In this document: one piece after another, positions 9,138 to 20,410 of the stretch | Layout of the letters: every line of letters begins with the position of its first letter | How positions within the stretch are numbered: position 1 is the first letter of the stretch | NCBI RefSeq assembly: GCF_003334355.1 | Contig: NZ_QOWP01000016.1 | Source of the DNA: Escherichia coli | GTDB lineage: Bacteria > Pseudomonadota > Gammaproteobacteria > Enterobacterales > Enterobacteriaceae | Direction: 5' to 3' (one strand) | Length of the DNA stretch: 64,000 bases | Notes under the pieces: generated by a model | Told to the model about the DNA's origin: nothing | The model's database searches: none | Seen by the model: only the letters and a program-made list of their open reading frames with translations | Made by a program: the position numbers and the translations under genes

Positions 9138-9994
9138 ATATCGCAATTGTGACAATAAATCAGGAGAATGCCGCAATAGCAAGCTGGCTGGCGGCGCAGG
9201 ATTTCAGCGGTTGTACCCTGGCGCACTGGCAGATTGAACCTCAGCCTGTAGTGGCGGAACAGGTGCTGGATGCGTTGGTGGAACAGTGGCAGCGAACGCC
9301 TGCGGACGTTGTTCTCTTTCCGCCGGGAACGTTTGGCGATGAACTGTCGACCCGGCTGGCCTGGCGTTTACATGGTGCAAGCATCTGCCAGGTGACTTCG
9401 TTAGATATTCCAACCGTAAGCGTGCGCAAATCCCACTGGGGAAATGCGCTAACGGCGACGCTGCAAACAGAAAAACGCCCGCTATGCCTTTCCCTGGCGC
9501 GTCAGGCGGGAGCAGCGAAAAACGCCACGTTGCCCTCTGGAATGCAACAACTGAACATTGTCCCGGGTGCGCTTCCGGACTGGCTGGTTAGCACAGAGGA
9601 TCTGAAAAATGTTACTCGCGACCCATTAGCTGAGGCCAGACGGGTGCTGGTGGTGGGGCAGGGCGGAGAGGCAGATAACCAGGAAATCGCTATGCTGGCA
9701 GAAAAGCTGGGAGCCGAAGTGGGCTACAGTCGGGCGCGAGTGATGAACGGTGGCGTTGATGCTGAAAAAGTGATTGGTATTTCCGGACATCTGCTGGCAC
9801 CTGAGGTGTGTATTGTTGTTGGCGCTTCTGGCGCAGCAGCGTTAATGGCGGGCGTACGCAATAGCAAGTTTGTGGTGGCGATTAATCATGACGCCAGCGC
9901 TGCGGTATTTTCACAGGCAGATGTTGGCGTGGTTGATGACTGGAAAGTGGTGCTGGAGGCACTGGTGACAAACATTCACGCAGATTGCCAATAA
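9134..9994 (+). CDS. ygcQ: Electron-transfer flavoprotein alpha-subunit-like protein
   Basis: 286 aa; ATGA start/stop overlap with ygcR. Confidence 0.85.
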   Translation: MNIAIVTINQENAAIASWLAAQDFSGCTLAHWQIEPQPVVAEQVLDALVEQWQRTPADVVLFPPGTFGDELSTRLAWRLHGASICQVTSLDIPTVSVRKSHWGNALTATLQTEKRPLCLSLARQAGAAKNATLPSGMQQLNIVPGALPDWLVSTEDLKNVTRDPLAEARRVLVVGQGGEADNQEIAMLAEKLGAEVGYSRARVMNGGVDAEKVIGISGHLLAPEVCIVVGASGAAALMAGVRNSKFVVAINHDASAAVFSQADVGVVDDWKVVLEALVTNIHADCQ

Positions 9995-9999
9995 CGTGT

Positions 10000-10106
10000 T
10001 GCCGGATGATCCTGCCTACGGTTCTGGCCTGGGGACTTGTAGGCCTGATAAGACGCGTCAAACGTCGCATCAGGCGCTGAATGTCGGATGTGGCGTGCGG
10101 CCTACA
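10000..10106. repeat. REP-type extragenic palindromes between convergent ygcQ and ygcP
   Basis: GCCGGATG... and TGTAGGCCTGATAAGACGCG...CGCATCAGGCG motifs typical of E. coli REP elements. Confidence 0.55.
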
Positions 10107-10141
10107 AATCAAACCAAATTCAATTGGTTACGATTATCCCG

Positions 10142-10717
10142 TCAAAGTAATTTTTTCGCTAACGTCCAGACCCCGGTATTCGTGGTGGAAAGCGCCACGA
10201 CACCCGCGTTAATCGCATTACGCGCATCTTCTTCATCGCACACCAGCCCACCGGCAATCAGCGGTTGGCGGATTTTCTCTGTCACCCAGCCCAGCACTTT
10301 GGGCATACAGCCTGGCAGGATCTCAATACAATCCGGATTCGATTGCGCAACTTGCTTATCAATGTTGTGAAACGAAATTGAATCAACAATAAACAGGCGA
10401 TGAATACAGAAAAAACCTTCCGCTCTTGCCGCTTTCAACATTGAGGCTTTGGTACTGATAATGCCGTCCGCCTCGGTCACCAGTTTCAAAAACTGAATAA
10501 CGACTTCTTTATTTGACGCGCCTTCCAGCAAATCAACATGAATAAAAGCATATTTCCCGGCGTTCTTAATCTTTTTAACGATATTACTGATGGTGCAGAT
10601 ATTGCCGTACAACACGGAAATAAATTGGCATTCAGAATCGATTGCCAGTTGCAGGCTGGCATTATCTTTAACGGCAGCAATCACCGGATTCTGGCGGAGC
10701 AGGTGTAAGAGGGGCAT
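10142..10717 (-). CDS. ygcP: GlpP-family glycerol-3-phosphate-responsive antiterminator-like protein
   Basis: 191-aa ORF; family assignment recalled from annotation, not recomputed. Confidence 0.85.
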   Translation of the reverse strand: MPLLHLLRQNPVIAAVKDNASLQLAIDSECQFISVLYGNICTISNIVKKIKNAGKYAFIHVDLLEGASNKEVVIQFLKLVTEADGIISTKASMLKAARAEGFFCIHRLFIVDSISFHNIDKQVAQSNPDCIEILPGCMPKVLGWVTEKIRQPLIAGGLVCDEEDARNAINAGVVALSTTNTGVWTLAKKLL

Positions 10718-10733
10718 AAATTATCCTTATTAT

Positions 10734-10994
10734 TTATCCAAAGCGGTAGGTGATGCCGAATCCGGAAGGCGGATAGCGCCACTGTTGTAGTGTTGATTCG
10801 TCGCACAGCAAACGGCAGGTGCCACACTCCAGGCAACTGCGATAGTCAATACGTAAGTCACCTTCCGGTGTGAGCGAAAAAAGACCTGCCGGACAGGCGT
10901 TAATCAACCGTTCTGCCGTCTGGCGCTCAACGGAGTCAGCCGGAACAATGTGCGGCGCATCAGCAACGCGCCAGAGATTACGGGCTACAGACAT
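10734..10994 (-). CDS. ygcO: FixX-like 4Fe-4S ferredoxin-like protein
   Basis: Cysteine cluster CLECGTCRLLC in the translated ORF; 86-aa version from the internal Met; overlaps the ygcN stop. Confidence 0.8.
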   Translation of the reverse strand: MSVARNLWRVADAPHIVPADSVERQTAERLINACPAGLFSLTPEGDLRIDYRSCLECGTCRLLCDESTLQQWRYPPSGFGITYRFG

Positions 10995-12256
10995 CGCAGA
11001 CTCCTGATAACATCGCCCGCCAGATGCCACAGGCCGTGACGACGTAAATGATGCCAGAATAACTGGCGCAGCGGTGGAACAGGTTTATCACCCTGATCCC
11101 ATAAATCGCGGGAAATATCCTGCATTAACGCAGGCCACGTACGGTACCATCCCGGGCGTTGCAAAAGCGCCGGAACATGCTGATAACGCTGTAGAACATC
11201 CCACAGCAGGCTGCGCTCTACGTTGTGATGATAAAGCGGAAACAGATTTTGCGGCTCGCGGTGCTGGCAGGCGCTTATCAGCGTTTGTGCCGCCGCCTGC
11301 GCGCCAGTCAGCGCCATATCCATGCCGCGCACGGAAATTCCGGTATTGACGCAACTGCGCAACGCATCGCCCACCAGCAGCCAGCCGTTACCGGCGTATT
11401 GCACCGGCATACTGTGCAAGCCACCTTCTGGCACCAGATGCGCACCATACTCCAGTGATTCCGTGTTTTTGATAAGCGGGCGCACTGCCGGATGCGCTTT
11501 AAAGCGAGTCAGCAGCTCGCTTGCCGGAACACGGCTTTGCGTAAGGGAAGAGAGCGGGCAAACAATCCCTAACGAGAGCGTTTGTTGATTAGTATAAAGA
11601 AATGCGCCGCCGGGTAAGTCATCACAGATCCCGCCGCTGAACAGCAACGCTGCGCCTTCGTTATTCTCCAGATGAAAACGTTCTTCAATAGCGGATGTTT
11701 CCAGCGACAGCACTTCTTTGATCCCCAACGCCATCGCTTCGCCAGCAGGACGAGTCACTAACCCGTGACGCTCAGCCAGGACGCTGTTGGCACCTTCTGC
11801 CAGCACCACATAACGGGCGCGGAGAATATCGTCACCACAAATGACACCACACACCCTGCCGTTTTCTTCATACAGTGCATCCACCGTCGCACCAGGGATG
11901 CATTCGACACCTTCTTTTTCGGCTTCGGCAACCAGCCACGGATCGAACCGTGCACGTAATACACTCCAGGATTCACCGCCGGGCTGTAAGCTGGAAAACG
12001 TCGTTGCGCCATCCGGCGTTAACAGGGAAAGGCTTTCGTGAGTGATGCATCGTTCAAGAGGCGCGGTCAGATGAAACTGAGGGAGGAGTTCCGCGAGTGC
12101 ATGGGTATATAACCGCCCGCCGGAAAGATTTTTGCTGCCGGGGATTTCAGCGCGTTCCAGTAACAAAACGGATAAACCCGCTCGCGCGCAGCGTAACGCG
12201 CAAGCGGTGCCTGCAATACCGGCACCAATAATAATAATGTCGCAGTCGTCTTCCAT
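10985..12256 (-). CDS. ygcN: FAD-dependent oxidoreductase (FixC / ETF-quinone oxidoreductase-like)
   Basis: 423 aa from MEDDCDIIIIGAGIAGTACA, which contains the GxGxxG dinucleotide-binding motif. Confidence 0.88.
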   Translation of the reverse strand: MEDDCDIIIIGAGIAGTACALRCARAGLSVLLLERAEIPGSKNLSGGRLYTHALAELLPQFHLTAPLERCITHESLSLLTPDGATTFSSLQPGGESWSVLRARFDPWLVAEAEKEGVECIPGATVDALYEENGRVCGVICGDDILRARYVVLAEGANSVLAERHGLVTRPAGEAMALGIKEVLSLETSAIEERFHLENNEGAALLFSGGICDDLPGGAFLYTNQQTLSLGIVCPLSSLTQSRVPASELLTRFKAHPAVRPLIKNTESLEYGAHLVPEGGLHSMPVQYAGNGWLLVGDALRSCVNTGISVRGMDMALTGAQAAAQTLISACQHREPQNLFPLYHHNVERSLLWDVLQRYQHVPALLQRPGWYRTWPALMQDISRDLWDQGDKPVPPLRQLFWHHLRRHGLWHLAGDVIRSLRCL

Positions 12257-12333
12257 GTCATGCCCCAGATATCCAGAACACAACACCCTAACATAGCGTT
12301 ACTTAAGGGAAATTGACCGCCGACACACTCTTA

Positions 12334-12699
12334 TCATTCGCCGCGATAGATACAACCAGCGGTGCAGGTTTCTTTTACCATCACCGCACTTAACAGCGGC
12401 ACAACGGGTTTAACCTGATCCCAAATCCATTTTGCTAAAACTTCGCTGGTCGGGTTTTCCAGGCCTGGAATATCATTGAGATAATGGTGATCGAGGCGCT
12501 CATAAGTTGGCTTAAACGCTGCTTTCAGTTCAGCGAAATCGATAATCCAGCCCGTATGCGGATCGACTTCCCCGGTAATTTCCAGTCGCACCATAAAGGA
12601 ATGCCCGTGCAGGCGACCACATTTATGCCCTTCCGGGACGTGTGGTAAGCGGTGAGCGGCTTCGAAGGTGAAATCTTTAAATAACGTGGTGGACATCAT
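12334..12699 (-). CDS. queD: 6-carboxy-5,6,7,8-tetrahydropterin synthase (queuosine biosynthesis)
   Basis: 121 aa starting [33 protein letters not shown], as recalled for QueD. Confidence 0.9.
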   Translation of the reverse strand: MMSTTLFKDFTFEAAHRLPHVPEGHKCGRLHGHSFMVRLEITGEVDPHTGWIIDFAELKAAFKPTYERLDHHYLNDIPGLENPTSEVLAKWIWDQVKPVVPLLSAVMVKETCTAGCIYRGE

Positions 12700-13014
12700 A
12701 ATTTCTCTACAGGACGATAAAACCGCCGTAGAGTACCGGAAAGGCTGTTTTTTCGCATTATCTAAAACGACTTTGTTGCGCAAAATCGCTGATTTATCTT
12801 AATGATTGGCTAAATTCATTTGTTTTTCATTAGGTTGGTTAATCTATTTTGTTGTTAAAGACTATTGCTAAAACAGGTTAGTCGATTTGGTTATTAGTTA
12901 TCGCTATCCCGTCTTTAATCCACACCGTTCACCCCGTTAACCTTACCTTCTCTTCTGTTTTATGGGCGCTGACAGGGCGCAGAAACAGCTTTGCTTACTG
13001 GAACATAACGACGC

Positions 13015-14814
13015 ATGACGACACAGGTCCCACCTTCCGCGTTGCTTCCGTTGAACCCGGAGCAACTGGTACGCCTTCAGGCGGCCACGACCGATTTAAC
13101 TCCCACCCAGCTTGCCTGGGTTTCTGGCTATTTCTGGGGCGTGCTCAATCAGCAGCCTGCTGCGCTTGCAGCGACGCCAGCTCCCGCCGCAGAAATGCCG
13201 GGTATAACTATTATCTCCGCCTCGCAAACCGGCAATGCGCGCCGGGTTGCTGAAGCATTACGTGATGATTTATTAGCGGCAAAACTGAACGTTAAGCTGG
13301 TGAACGCGGGCGACTATAAATTCAAACAAATCGCCAGCGAAAAACTGCTTATCGTGGTGACGTCAACGCAAGGAGAAGGGGAACCGCCGGAAGAAGCCGT
13401 CGCGCTGCATAAGTTCCTGTTCTCCAAAAAAGCGCCGAAGCTGGAAAACACCGCATTTGCCGTGTTTAGCCTCGGCGATAGCTCTTATGAATTTTTCTGC
13501 CAGTCCGGGAAAGATTTTGACAGCAAGCTGGCGGAACTGGGCGGTGAACGCCTGCTCGACCGTGTCGATGCCGACGTTGAATACCAGACCGCTGCCAGCG
13601 AGTGGCGCGCTCGTGTGGTTGATGCGCTTAAATCGCGTGCGCCTGTCGCGGCACCTTCGCAATCCGTCGCTACTGGCGCGGTAAATGAAATCCACACCAG
13701 CCCGTACAGCAAAGACGAGCCGCTGGTGGCGAGCCTCTCTGTTAACCAGAAAATTACCGGGCGTAACTCTGAAAAAGACGTTCGCCATATCGAAATTGAC
13801 TTAGGTGACTCGGGCCTGCGTTACCAGCCGGGTGACGCGCTGGGCGTCTGGTATCAGAACGATCCGGCACTGGTGAAAGAACTTGTCGAACTGCTGTGGC
13901 TGAAAGGCGATGAACCTGTCACCGTCGAGGGCAAAACGTTGCCTCTGAACGAAGCGCTACAGTGGCACTTCGAACTGACCGTCAACACCGCCAACATTGT
14001 TGAGAATTACGCCACGCTTACCCGCAGTGAAACACTGCTGCCGCTGGTGGGCGATAAAGCGAAGTTACAGCATTACGCCGCGACGACGCCGATTGTTGAC
14101 ATGGTGCGTTTCTCCCCGGCACAGCTTGATGCCGAAGCGCTAATTAATCTGCTGCGCCCGCTGACGCCGCGTCTCTATTCCATTGCCTCCTCGCAGGCGG
14201 AAGTCGAGAACGAAGTACACGTCACCGTTGGTGTGGTGCGTTACGACGTGGAAGGCCGCGCCCGTGCCGGTGGTGCCTCCAGCTTCCTCGCTGACCGCGT
14301 GGAAGAAGAGGGCGAAGTCCGCGTATTTATCGAACATAACGATAACTTCCGCCTACCAGCCAATCCAGAAACCCCGGTGATTATGATTGGCCCAGGCACC
14401 GGTATCGCGCCGTTCCGCGCCTTTATGCAGCAACGTGCTGTCGATGAAGCACCGGGTAAAAACTGGCTGTTCTTTGGCAACCCGCACTTTACGGAAGATT
14501 TCCTCTACCAGGTGGAGTGGCAGCGCTACGTCAAAGAGGGCGTGCTGACACGTATCGATCTCGCCTGGTCGCGCGATCAAAAAGAAAAAGTTTACGTACA
14601 AGACAAACTACGCGAACAGGGCGCGGAGCTGTGGCGCTGGATCAATGACGGTGCCCACATTTATGTCTGCGGCGACGCTAATCGCATGGCGAAAGACGTT
14701 GAGCAGGCACTTCTGGAAGTGATTGCCGAATTTGGTGGCATGGACACCGAAGCGGCGGATGAATTTTTAAGTGAACTGCGCGTAGAGCGCCGTTATCAGC
14801 GAGATGTCTACTAA
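13015..14814 (+). CDS. cysJ: Sulfite reductase [NADPH] flavoprotein alpha subunit
   Basis: 599-aa ORF; TAATG overlap with cysI. Confidence 0.95.
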   Translation: MTTQVPPSALLPLNPEQLVRLQAATTDLTPTQLAWVSGYFWGVLNQQPAALAATPAPAAEMPGITIISASQTGNARRVAEALRDDLLAAKLNVKLVNAGDYKFKQIASEKLLIVVTSTQGEGEPPEEAVALHKFLFSKKAPKLENTAFAVFSLGDSSYEFFCQSGKDFDSKLAELGGERLLDRVDADVEYQTAASEWRARVVDALKSRAPVAAPSQSVATGAVNEIHTSPYSKDEPLVASLSVNQKITGRNSEKDVRHIEIDLGDSGLRYQPGDALGVWYQNDPALVKELVELLWLKGDEPVTVEGKTLPLNEALQWHFELTVNTANIVENYATLTRSETLLPLVGDKAKLQHYAATTPIVDMVRFSPAQLDAEALINLLRPLTPRLYSIASSQAEVENEVHVTVGVVRYDVEGRARAGGASSFLADRVEEEGEVRVFIEHNDNFRLPANPETPVIMIGPGTGIAPFRAFMQQRAVDEAPGKNWLFFGNPHFTEDFLYQVEWQRYVKEGVLTRIDLAWSRDQKEKVYVQDKLREQGAELWRWINDGAHIYVCGDANRMAKDVEQALLEVIAEFGGMDTEAADEFLSELRVERRYQRDVY

Positions 14815-16526
14815 TGAGCGAAAAACATCCAGGGCCTTTAGTGGTCGAAGGAAAACTGACAGACGCCGAGCGCATGAAGCTTGAAAGCAACTACCTGCGC
14901 GGCACCATTGCGGAAGATTTAAACGATGGCCTGACCGGCGGCTTTAAGGGCGATAACTTCCTGCTGATCCGCTTCCACGGCATGTATCAGCAGGATGACC
15001 GCGACATCCGCGCCGAACGTGCTGAACAGAAGCTGGAGCCGCGCCACGCGATGCTGCTTCGCTGTCGTCTGCCGGGTGGGGTGATTACCACTAAACAGTG
15101 GCAGGCGATCGACAAATTTGCCGGTGAAAACACCATCTATGGCAGCATTCGCCTGACCAACCGCCAGACGTTTCAGTTCCACGGCATTCTGAAAAAGAAC
15201 GTCAAACCGGTGCACCAGATGCTGCACTCGGTTGGTCTTGATGCGCTGGCGACCGCTAACGACATGAACCGTAACGTACTCTGCACCTCGAACCCTTACG
15301 AGTCGCAGCTACACGCGGAAGCGTATGAATGGGCGAAGAAAATCTCTGAACATCTGCTGCCGCGTACCCGCGCGTATGCGGAGATCTGGCTCGATCAGGA
15401 AAAAGTCGCCACCACCGATGAAGAACCGATCCTCGGTCAGACTTATTTGCCGCGTAAATTCAAAACCACGGTAGTGATCCCGCCGCAGAACGATATCGAT
15501 CTGCATGCCAACGACATGAACTTCGTGGCAATCGCCGAAAACGGCAAGCTGGTAGGCTTTAACCTGCTGGTGGGCGGCGGGCTTTCCATCGAACACGGTA
15601 ATAAGAAAACCTACGCCCGCACGGCGAGCGAGTTTGGTTATCTGCCGCTGGAGCATACCCTGGCGGTGGCGGAAGCCGTCGTGACGACTCAGCGCGATTG
15701 GGGTAACCGTACCGATCGTAAAAATGCCAAAACCAAATACACGCTGGAGCGCGTGGGTGTTGAGACATTTAAAGCGGAAGTGGAACGTCGCGCGGGGATC
15801 AAATTCGAACCGATCCGCCCGTATGAATTTACAGGGCGCGGCGATCGCATTGGTTGGGTAAAAGGCATTGATGACAAATGGCACCTGACGCTGTTTATCG
15901 AAAATGGCCGAATCCTTGATTATCCGGGGCGTCCGCTGAAAACCGGCCTGCTGGAGATCGCGAAGATCCACAAAGGCGATTTCCGTATTACGGCGAACCA
16001 GAATCTGATCATCGCCGGTGTACCTGAAAGCCAGAAAGCGAAGATCGAGAAGATCGCTAAAGAGAGCGGGTTAATGAATGCCGTCACGCCGCAGCGTGAA
16101 AACTCAATGGCCTGCGTGTCATTCCCGACTTGCCCGCTGGCGATGGCGGAAGCGGAGCGTTTCCTGCCGTCTTTTATCGACAACATCGATAATTTAATGG
16201 CGAAACATGGTGTCAGCGATGAGCATATCGTGATGCGTGTAACAGGCTGCCCGAACGGTTGTGGTCGCGCGATGCTGGCGGAAGTGGGCCTGGTGGGTAA
16301 AGCGCCGGGTCGCTACAACCTGCATCTTGGCGGCAACCGCATTGGGACACGTATCCCACGGATGTATAAAGAAAACATCACCGAGCCGGAAATCCTGGCG
16401 TCGCTTGATGAACTGATAGGGCGCTGGGCGAAAGAGCGCGAAGCGGGCGAAGGCTTCGGCGACTTTACGGTGCGTGCGGGCATCATTCGCCCGGTGCTCG
16501 ATCCGGCGCGCGATTTGTGGGATTAA
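14814..16526 (+). CDS. cysI: Sulfite reductase [NADPH] hemoprotein beta subunit
   Basis: 570-aa ORF immediately after cysJ. Confidence 0.95.
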   Translation: MSEKHPGPLVVEGKLTDAERMKLESNYLRGTIAEDLNDGLTGGFKGDNFLLIRFHGMYQQDDRDIRAERAEQKLEPRHAMLLRCRLPGGVITTKQWQAIDKFAGENTIYGSIRLTNRQTFQFHGILKKNVKPVHQMLHSVGLDALATANDMNRNVLCTSNPYESQLHAEAYEWAKKISEHLLPRTRAYAEIWLDQEKVATTDEEPILGQTYLPRKFKTTVVIPPQNDIDLHANDMNFVAIAENGKLVGFNLLVGGGLSIEHGNKKTYARTASEFGYLPLEHTLAVAEAVVTTQRDWGNRTDRKNAKTKYTLERVGVETFKAEVERRAGIKFEPIRPYEFTGRGDRIGWVKGIDDKWHLTLFIENGRILDYPGRPLKTGLLEIAKIHKGDFRITANQNLIIAGVPESQKAKIEKIAKESGLMNAVTPQRENSMACVSFPTCPLAMAEAERFLPSFIDNIDNLMAKHGVSDEHIVMRVTGCPNGCGRAMLAEVGLVGKAPGRYNLHLGGNRIGTRIPRMYKENITEPEILASLDELIGRWAKEREAGEGFGDFTVRAGIIRPVLDPARDLWD

Positions 16527-16542
16527 CCATCAGCCCGGTCTT

Positions 16543-16580
16543 GTAGGCCTGATAAGAACGCGTGAGCGTCGCATCAGGCA
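16543..16580. repeat. REP-type palindrome between cysI and cysH
   Basis: TGTAGGCCTGATAAGAACGCGTGAGCGTCGCATCAGGCA. Confidence 0.5.
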
Positions 16581-16600
16581 AGGCAAACAGTGAGGAATCT

Positions 16601-17335
16601 ATGTCCAAACTCGATCTAAACGCCCTGAACGAACTGCCGAAGGTAGATCGCATTCTGGCGCTGGCGGAAACTAACGCCGAACTGGAAAAACTGGACGCTG
16701 AAGGCCGCATAGCCTGGGCGCTGGATAATCTGCCCGGTGAATATGTACTTTCTTCCAGCTTTGGCATTCAGGCGGCGGTGAGCCTGCATCTGGTGAATCA
16801 AATTCGCCCGGATATTCCGGTGATCCTCACCGATACGGGTTACTTGTTCCCGGAAACCTACCGCTTTATTGACGAGTTAACGGACAAACTCAAGCTCAAC
16901 CTGAAAGTGTACCGTGCTACCGAAAGCGCAGCCTGGCAGGAAGCACGCTACGGAAAACTGTGGGAGCAGGGCGTTGAAGGCATTGAAAAGTACAATGACA
17001 TCAACAAAGTCGAACCGATGAACCGGGCTCTGAAAGAACTTAACGCGCAAACCTGGTTTGCTGGCCTGCGCCGTGAACAATCCGGCAGTCGCGCCAATTT
17101 ACCGGTGCTGGCAATTCAGCGTGGCGTATTTAAAGTGCTGCCGATTATCGACTGGGATAACCGAACTATTTATCAGTACCTGCAAAAACATGGCCTGAAA
17201 TATCACCCATTATGGGATGAAGGATATTTATCGGTCGGTGATACCCATACAACCCGTAAATGGGAATCTGGCATGTCGGAAGAAGAAACACGTTTCTTTG
17301 GCTTAAAAAGGGAATGTGGATTGCACGAAGGGTAA
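16601..17335 (+). CDS. cysH: Phosphoadenosine phosphosulfate reductase
   Basis: 244 aa from [14 protein letters not shown]. Confidence 0.93.
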   Translation: MSKLDLNALNELPKVDRILALAETNAELEKLDAEGRIAWALDNLPGEYVLSSSFGIQAAVSLHLVNQIRPDIPVILTDTGYLFPETYRFIDELTDKLKLNLKVYRATESAAWQEARYGKLWEQGVEGIEKYNDINKVEPMNRALKELNAQTWFAGLRREQSGSRANLPVLAIQRGVFKVLPIIDWDNRTIYQYLQKHGLKYHPLWDEGYLSVGDTHTTRKWESGMSEEETRFFGLKRECGLHEG

Positions 17336-17353
17336 ATATTGCCGGATAAATTA

Positions 17354-17391
17354 AACGCCTCTGTCAGAAATGATGGGGGCGTTTTTATTTT
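17354..17391 (+). terminator. Putative intrinsic terminator after cysH
   Basis: AACGCCTC pairs with GGGGCGTT (one G-U), then TTTATTTTG. Confidence 0.5.
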
Positions 17392-17693
17392 GCGAGCAGT
17401 ATTCCTGATTTTAAACGTGAACGCCGCTGGAAGAATTATCAGGTATAGAATGGCGTCGGGTGCTTGAGGCTGTCTGGCGTTAAGCATTCGCGAGGTTCCA
17501 GATGGACAAAAGCCCCAGGCGATATTTCTATCAACCTGAGGCCAGCGTTCGAACCCAAACAATTCGAATGTTAGTCTCTTCTTTGCAGGGAGGCAAGACA
17601 TGTGTATATCACTGTAATTCGATATTTATGAGCAGCATCGAAAAATAGCCCGCTGATATCATCGATAATACTAAAAAAACAGGGAGGCTATTA

Positions 17694-17825
17694 ATGGAAC
17701 CTTTTAAATATATATGCCATTACTGGGGAAAATCCTCAAAAAGCTTGACGAAAGGAAATGATATTCATCTGTTAATTTATCATTGCCTTGATGTTGCTGC
17801 TGTTGCAGATTGCTGGTGGGATTAA
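17694..17825 (+). pseudogene. cas3: cas3 5' segment: 43 codons (MEPFKYICHYWGKSSKSLTKGNDIHLLIYHCLDVAAVADCWWD) closed by an in-frame TAA
   Basis: ATG at 17694 with AGGGAGG 7 nt upstream; TAA at 17823-17825; the same frame continues into the 832-codon ORF. Confidence 0.7.
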
Positions 17826-17861
17826 TCAGTCGTACTGCAAAATACTTTTTGCCGAAATGAA

Positions 17862-20360
17862 ATGCTATCAAAACAGAGGGTGAAGGCCTGGCTGTTATTT
17901 TTCATTGCTCTTCATGATATTGGAAAGTTTGATATACGATTCCAATATAAATCAGCAGAAAGTTGGCTGAAATTAAATCCTGCAACGCCATCACTTAATG
18001 GTCCATCAACACAAATGTGCCGTAAATTTAATCATGGTGCAGCCGGTCTGTATTGGTTTAACCAGGATTCACTTTCAGAGCAATCTCTCGGGGATTTTTT
18101 CAGTTTTTTTGATGCCGCTCCTCATCCTTATGAGTCCTGGTTTCCATGGGTAGAGGCCGTTACAGGACATCATGGTTTTATATTACATTCCCAGGATCAA
18201 GATAAGTCGCGTTGGGAAATGCCAGCTTCTCTGGCATCTTATGCTGCGCAAGATAAACAGGCTCGTGAGGAGTGGATATCTGTACTGGAAGCATTATTTT
18301 TAACGCCAGCGGGGTTATCTATAAACGATATACCACCTGATTGTTCATCACTGTTAGCAGGTTTTTGCTCGCTTGCTGACTGGTTAGGCTCCTGGACTAC
18401 AACGAATACCTTTCTGTTTAATGAGGATGCGCCTTCCGACATAAATGCTCTGAGAACGTATTTCCAGGACCGACAGCAGGATGCGAGCCGGGTATTGGAG
18501 TTGAGTGGACTTGTATCAAATAAGCGATGTTATGAAGGTGTTCATGCACTACTGGACAATGGCTATCAACCCAGACAATTACAGGTGTTAGTTGATGCTC
18601 TTCCAGTAGCTCCCGGGCTGACGGTAATAGAGGCACCTACAGGCTCCGGTAAAACGGAAACAGCGCTGGCCTATGCTTGGAAACTTATTGATCAACAAAT
18701 TGCGGATAGTGTTATTTTTGCCCTCCCAACACAAGCTACCGCGAATGCTATGCTTACGAGAATGGAAGCGAGCGCGAGCCACTTATTTTCATCCCCAAAT
18801 CTTATTCTTGCTCATGGCAATTCACGGTTTAACCACCTCTTTCAATCAATAAAATCACGCGCGATTACTGAACAGGGGCAAGAAGAAGCGTGGGTTCAGT
18901 GTTGTCAGTGGTTGTCACAAAGCAATAAGAAAGTGTTTCTTGGGCAAATCGGCGTTTGCACGATTGATCAGGTGTTGATATCGGTATTGCCAGTTAAACA
19001 CCGCTTTATCCGTGGTTTGGGAATTGGTCGAAGTGTTTTAATTGTTGATGAAGTTCATGCTTACGACACCTATATGAACGGCTTGCTGGAGGCAGTGCTC
19101 AAGGCTCAGGCTGATGTGGGAGGGAGTGTTATTCTTCTTTCCGCAACCCTACCAATGAAACAAAAACAGAAACTTCTGGATACTTATGGTCTGCATACAG
19201 ATCCAGTGGAAAATAACTCCGCATATCCACTCATTAACTGGCGAGGTGTGAATGGTGCGCAACGTTTTGATCTGCTAGCTCATCCAGAACAACTCCCGCC
19301 CCGCTTTTCGATTCAGCCAGAACCTATTTATTTAGCTGACATGTTACCTGACCTTACGATGTTAGAGCGAATGATCGCAGCGGCAAACGCGGGTGCACAA
19401 GTCTGTCTTATTTGCAATTTGGTTGACGTTGCACAAGTATGCTACCAACGGCTAAAGGAGCTAAATAACACGCAAGTAGATATAGATTTGTTTCATGCAC
19501 GCTTTACGCTGAACGATCGTCGAGAAAAAGAGAATCGTGTTATTAGCGATTTCGGAAAAAATGGGGAGCGAAATGTTGGACGAATACTTGTCGCCACGCA
19601 AGTCGTGGAACAATCGCTCGACGTTGATTTTGATTGGTTAATTACCCAGCATTGTCCCGCAGATTTGCTTTTCCAACGATTGGGTCGTTTACATCGCCAT
19701 CATCGCAAATATCGTCCCGCTGGTTTTGAGATTCCTGTTGCCACCATTTTGCTGCCTGATGGCGAGGGTTACGGACGACATGAGCATATTTATAGCAACG
19801 TTAGAGTCATGTGGCGGACGCAGCAACATATTGAGGAACTTAATGGAGCATCCTTATTTTTCCCTGATGCCTACCGGCAATGGCTGGATAGCATTTACGA
19901 TGATGCTGAAATGGATGAGCCAGAATGGGTCATCAAAGGCATGGATAAGTTTGAAAGCGCTGAGTGTGAAAAGAGGTTCAAGGCTCGCAAGGTTCTGCAG
20001 TGGGCTGAAGAATATAGTTTGCAGGATAACGATGAAACCATTCTTGCGGTAACGAGGGATGGGGAAATGAGCCTGCCATTATTGCCTTATGTACAAACGT
20101 CTTCAGGTAAACAACTGCTCGATGGCCAGGTCTACGAGGACCTAAGTTATGAACAGCAGTATGAGGCGCTTGCACTTAATCGCGTCAATGTACCCTTCAC
20201 CTGGAAACGTAGTTTTTCTGAAGTAGTAGATGAAGATGGGTTACTTTGGCTGGAAGGGAAACAGAATCAGGATGGATGGTTCTGGCAGGGTAACAGTATT
20301 GTTATTACCTACACTCGGGATGAAGGGATGACCAGAGTCATCCCTGCAAATCCCAAATAA
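17862..20360 (+). CDS. cas3: Cas3 HD-nuclease/helicase, longest intact ORF (832 aa); lacks the first 56 codons of the recalled 888-aa protein
   Basis: HD motif (FFIALHDIGKF), Walker A (APTGSGKTE) and DEVH box (LIVDEVHAYD) are all present; no obvious SD upstream of ATG 17862. Confidence 0.85.
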   Translation: MLSKQRVKAWLLFFIALHDIGKFDIRFQYKSAESWLKLNPATPSLNGPSTQMCRKFNHGAAGLYWFNQDSLSEQSLGDFFSFFDAAPHPYESWFPWVEAVTGHHGFILHSQDQDKSRWEMPASLASYAAQDKQAREEWISVLEALFLTPAGLSINDIPPDCSSLLAGFCSLADWLGSWTTTNTFLFNEDAPSDINALRTYFQDRQQDASRVLELSGLVSNKRCYEGVHALLDNGYQPRQLQVLVDALPVAPGLTVIEAPTGSGKTETALAYAWKLIDQQIADSVIFALPTQATANAMLTRMEASASHLFSSPNLILAHGNSRFNHLFQSIKSRAITEQGQEEAWVQCCQWLSQSNKKVFLGQIGVCTIDQVLISVLPVKHRFIRGLGIGRSVLIVDEVHAYDTYMNGLLEAVLKAQADVGGSVILLSATLPMKQKQKLLDTYGLHTDPVENNSAYPLINWRGVNGAQRFDLLAHPEQLPPRFSIQPEPIYLADMLPDLTMLERMIAAANAGAQVCLICNLVDVAQVCYQRLKELNNTQVDIDLFHARFTLNDRREKENRVISDFGKNGERNVGRILVATQVVEQSLDVDFDWLITQHCPADLLFQRLGRLHRHHRKYRPAGFEIPVATILLPDGEGYGRHEHIYSNVRVMWRTQQHIEELNGASLFFPDAYRQWLDSIYDDAEMDEPEWVIKGMDKFESAECEKRFKARKVLQWAEEYSLQDNDETILAVTRDGEMSLPLLPYVQTSSGKQLLDGQVYEDLSYEQQYEALALNRVNVPFTWKRSFSEVVDEDGLLWLEGKQNQDGWFWQGNSIVITYTRDEGMTRVIPANPK

Positions 20361-20410
20361 CTTCGGGAATGATTGGTATCAATGACGATAACAAGACCAA
20401 TAACGGTTTA

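Noticed and set aside
15309-15971. 220-aa minus-strand ORF
   Set aside because: Antisense within cysI; no ribosome-binding site and no recognisable domain.
17203-17601. 132-aa minus-strand ORF spanning the cysH 3' end and the cysH-cas3 spacer
   Set aside because: It overlaps the cysH coding end and terminator hairpin with no start context; the region is better explained as terminator plus cas3 promoter DNA.
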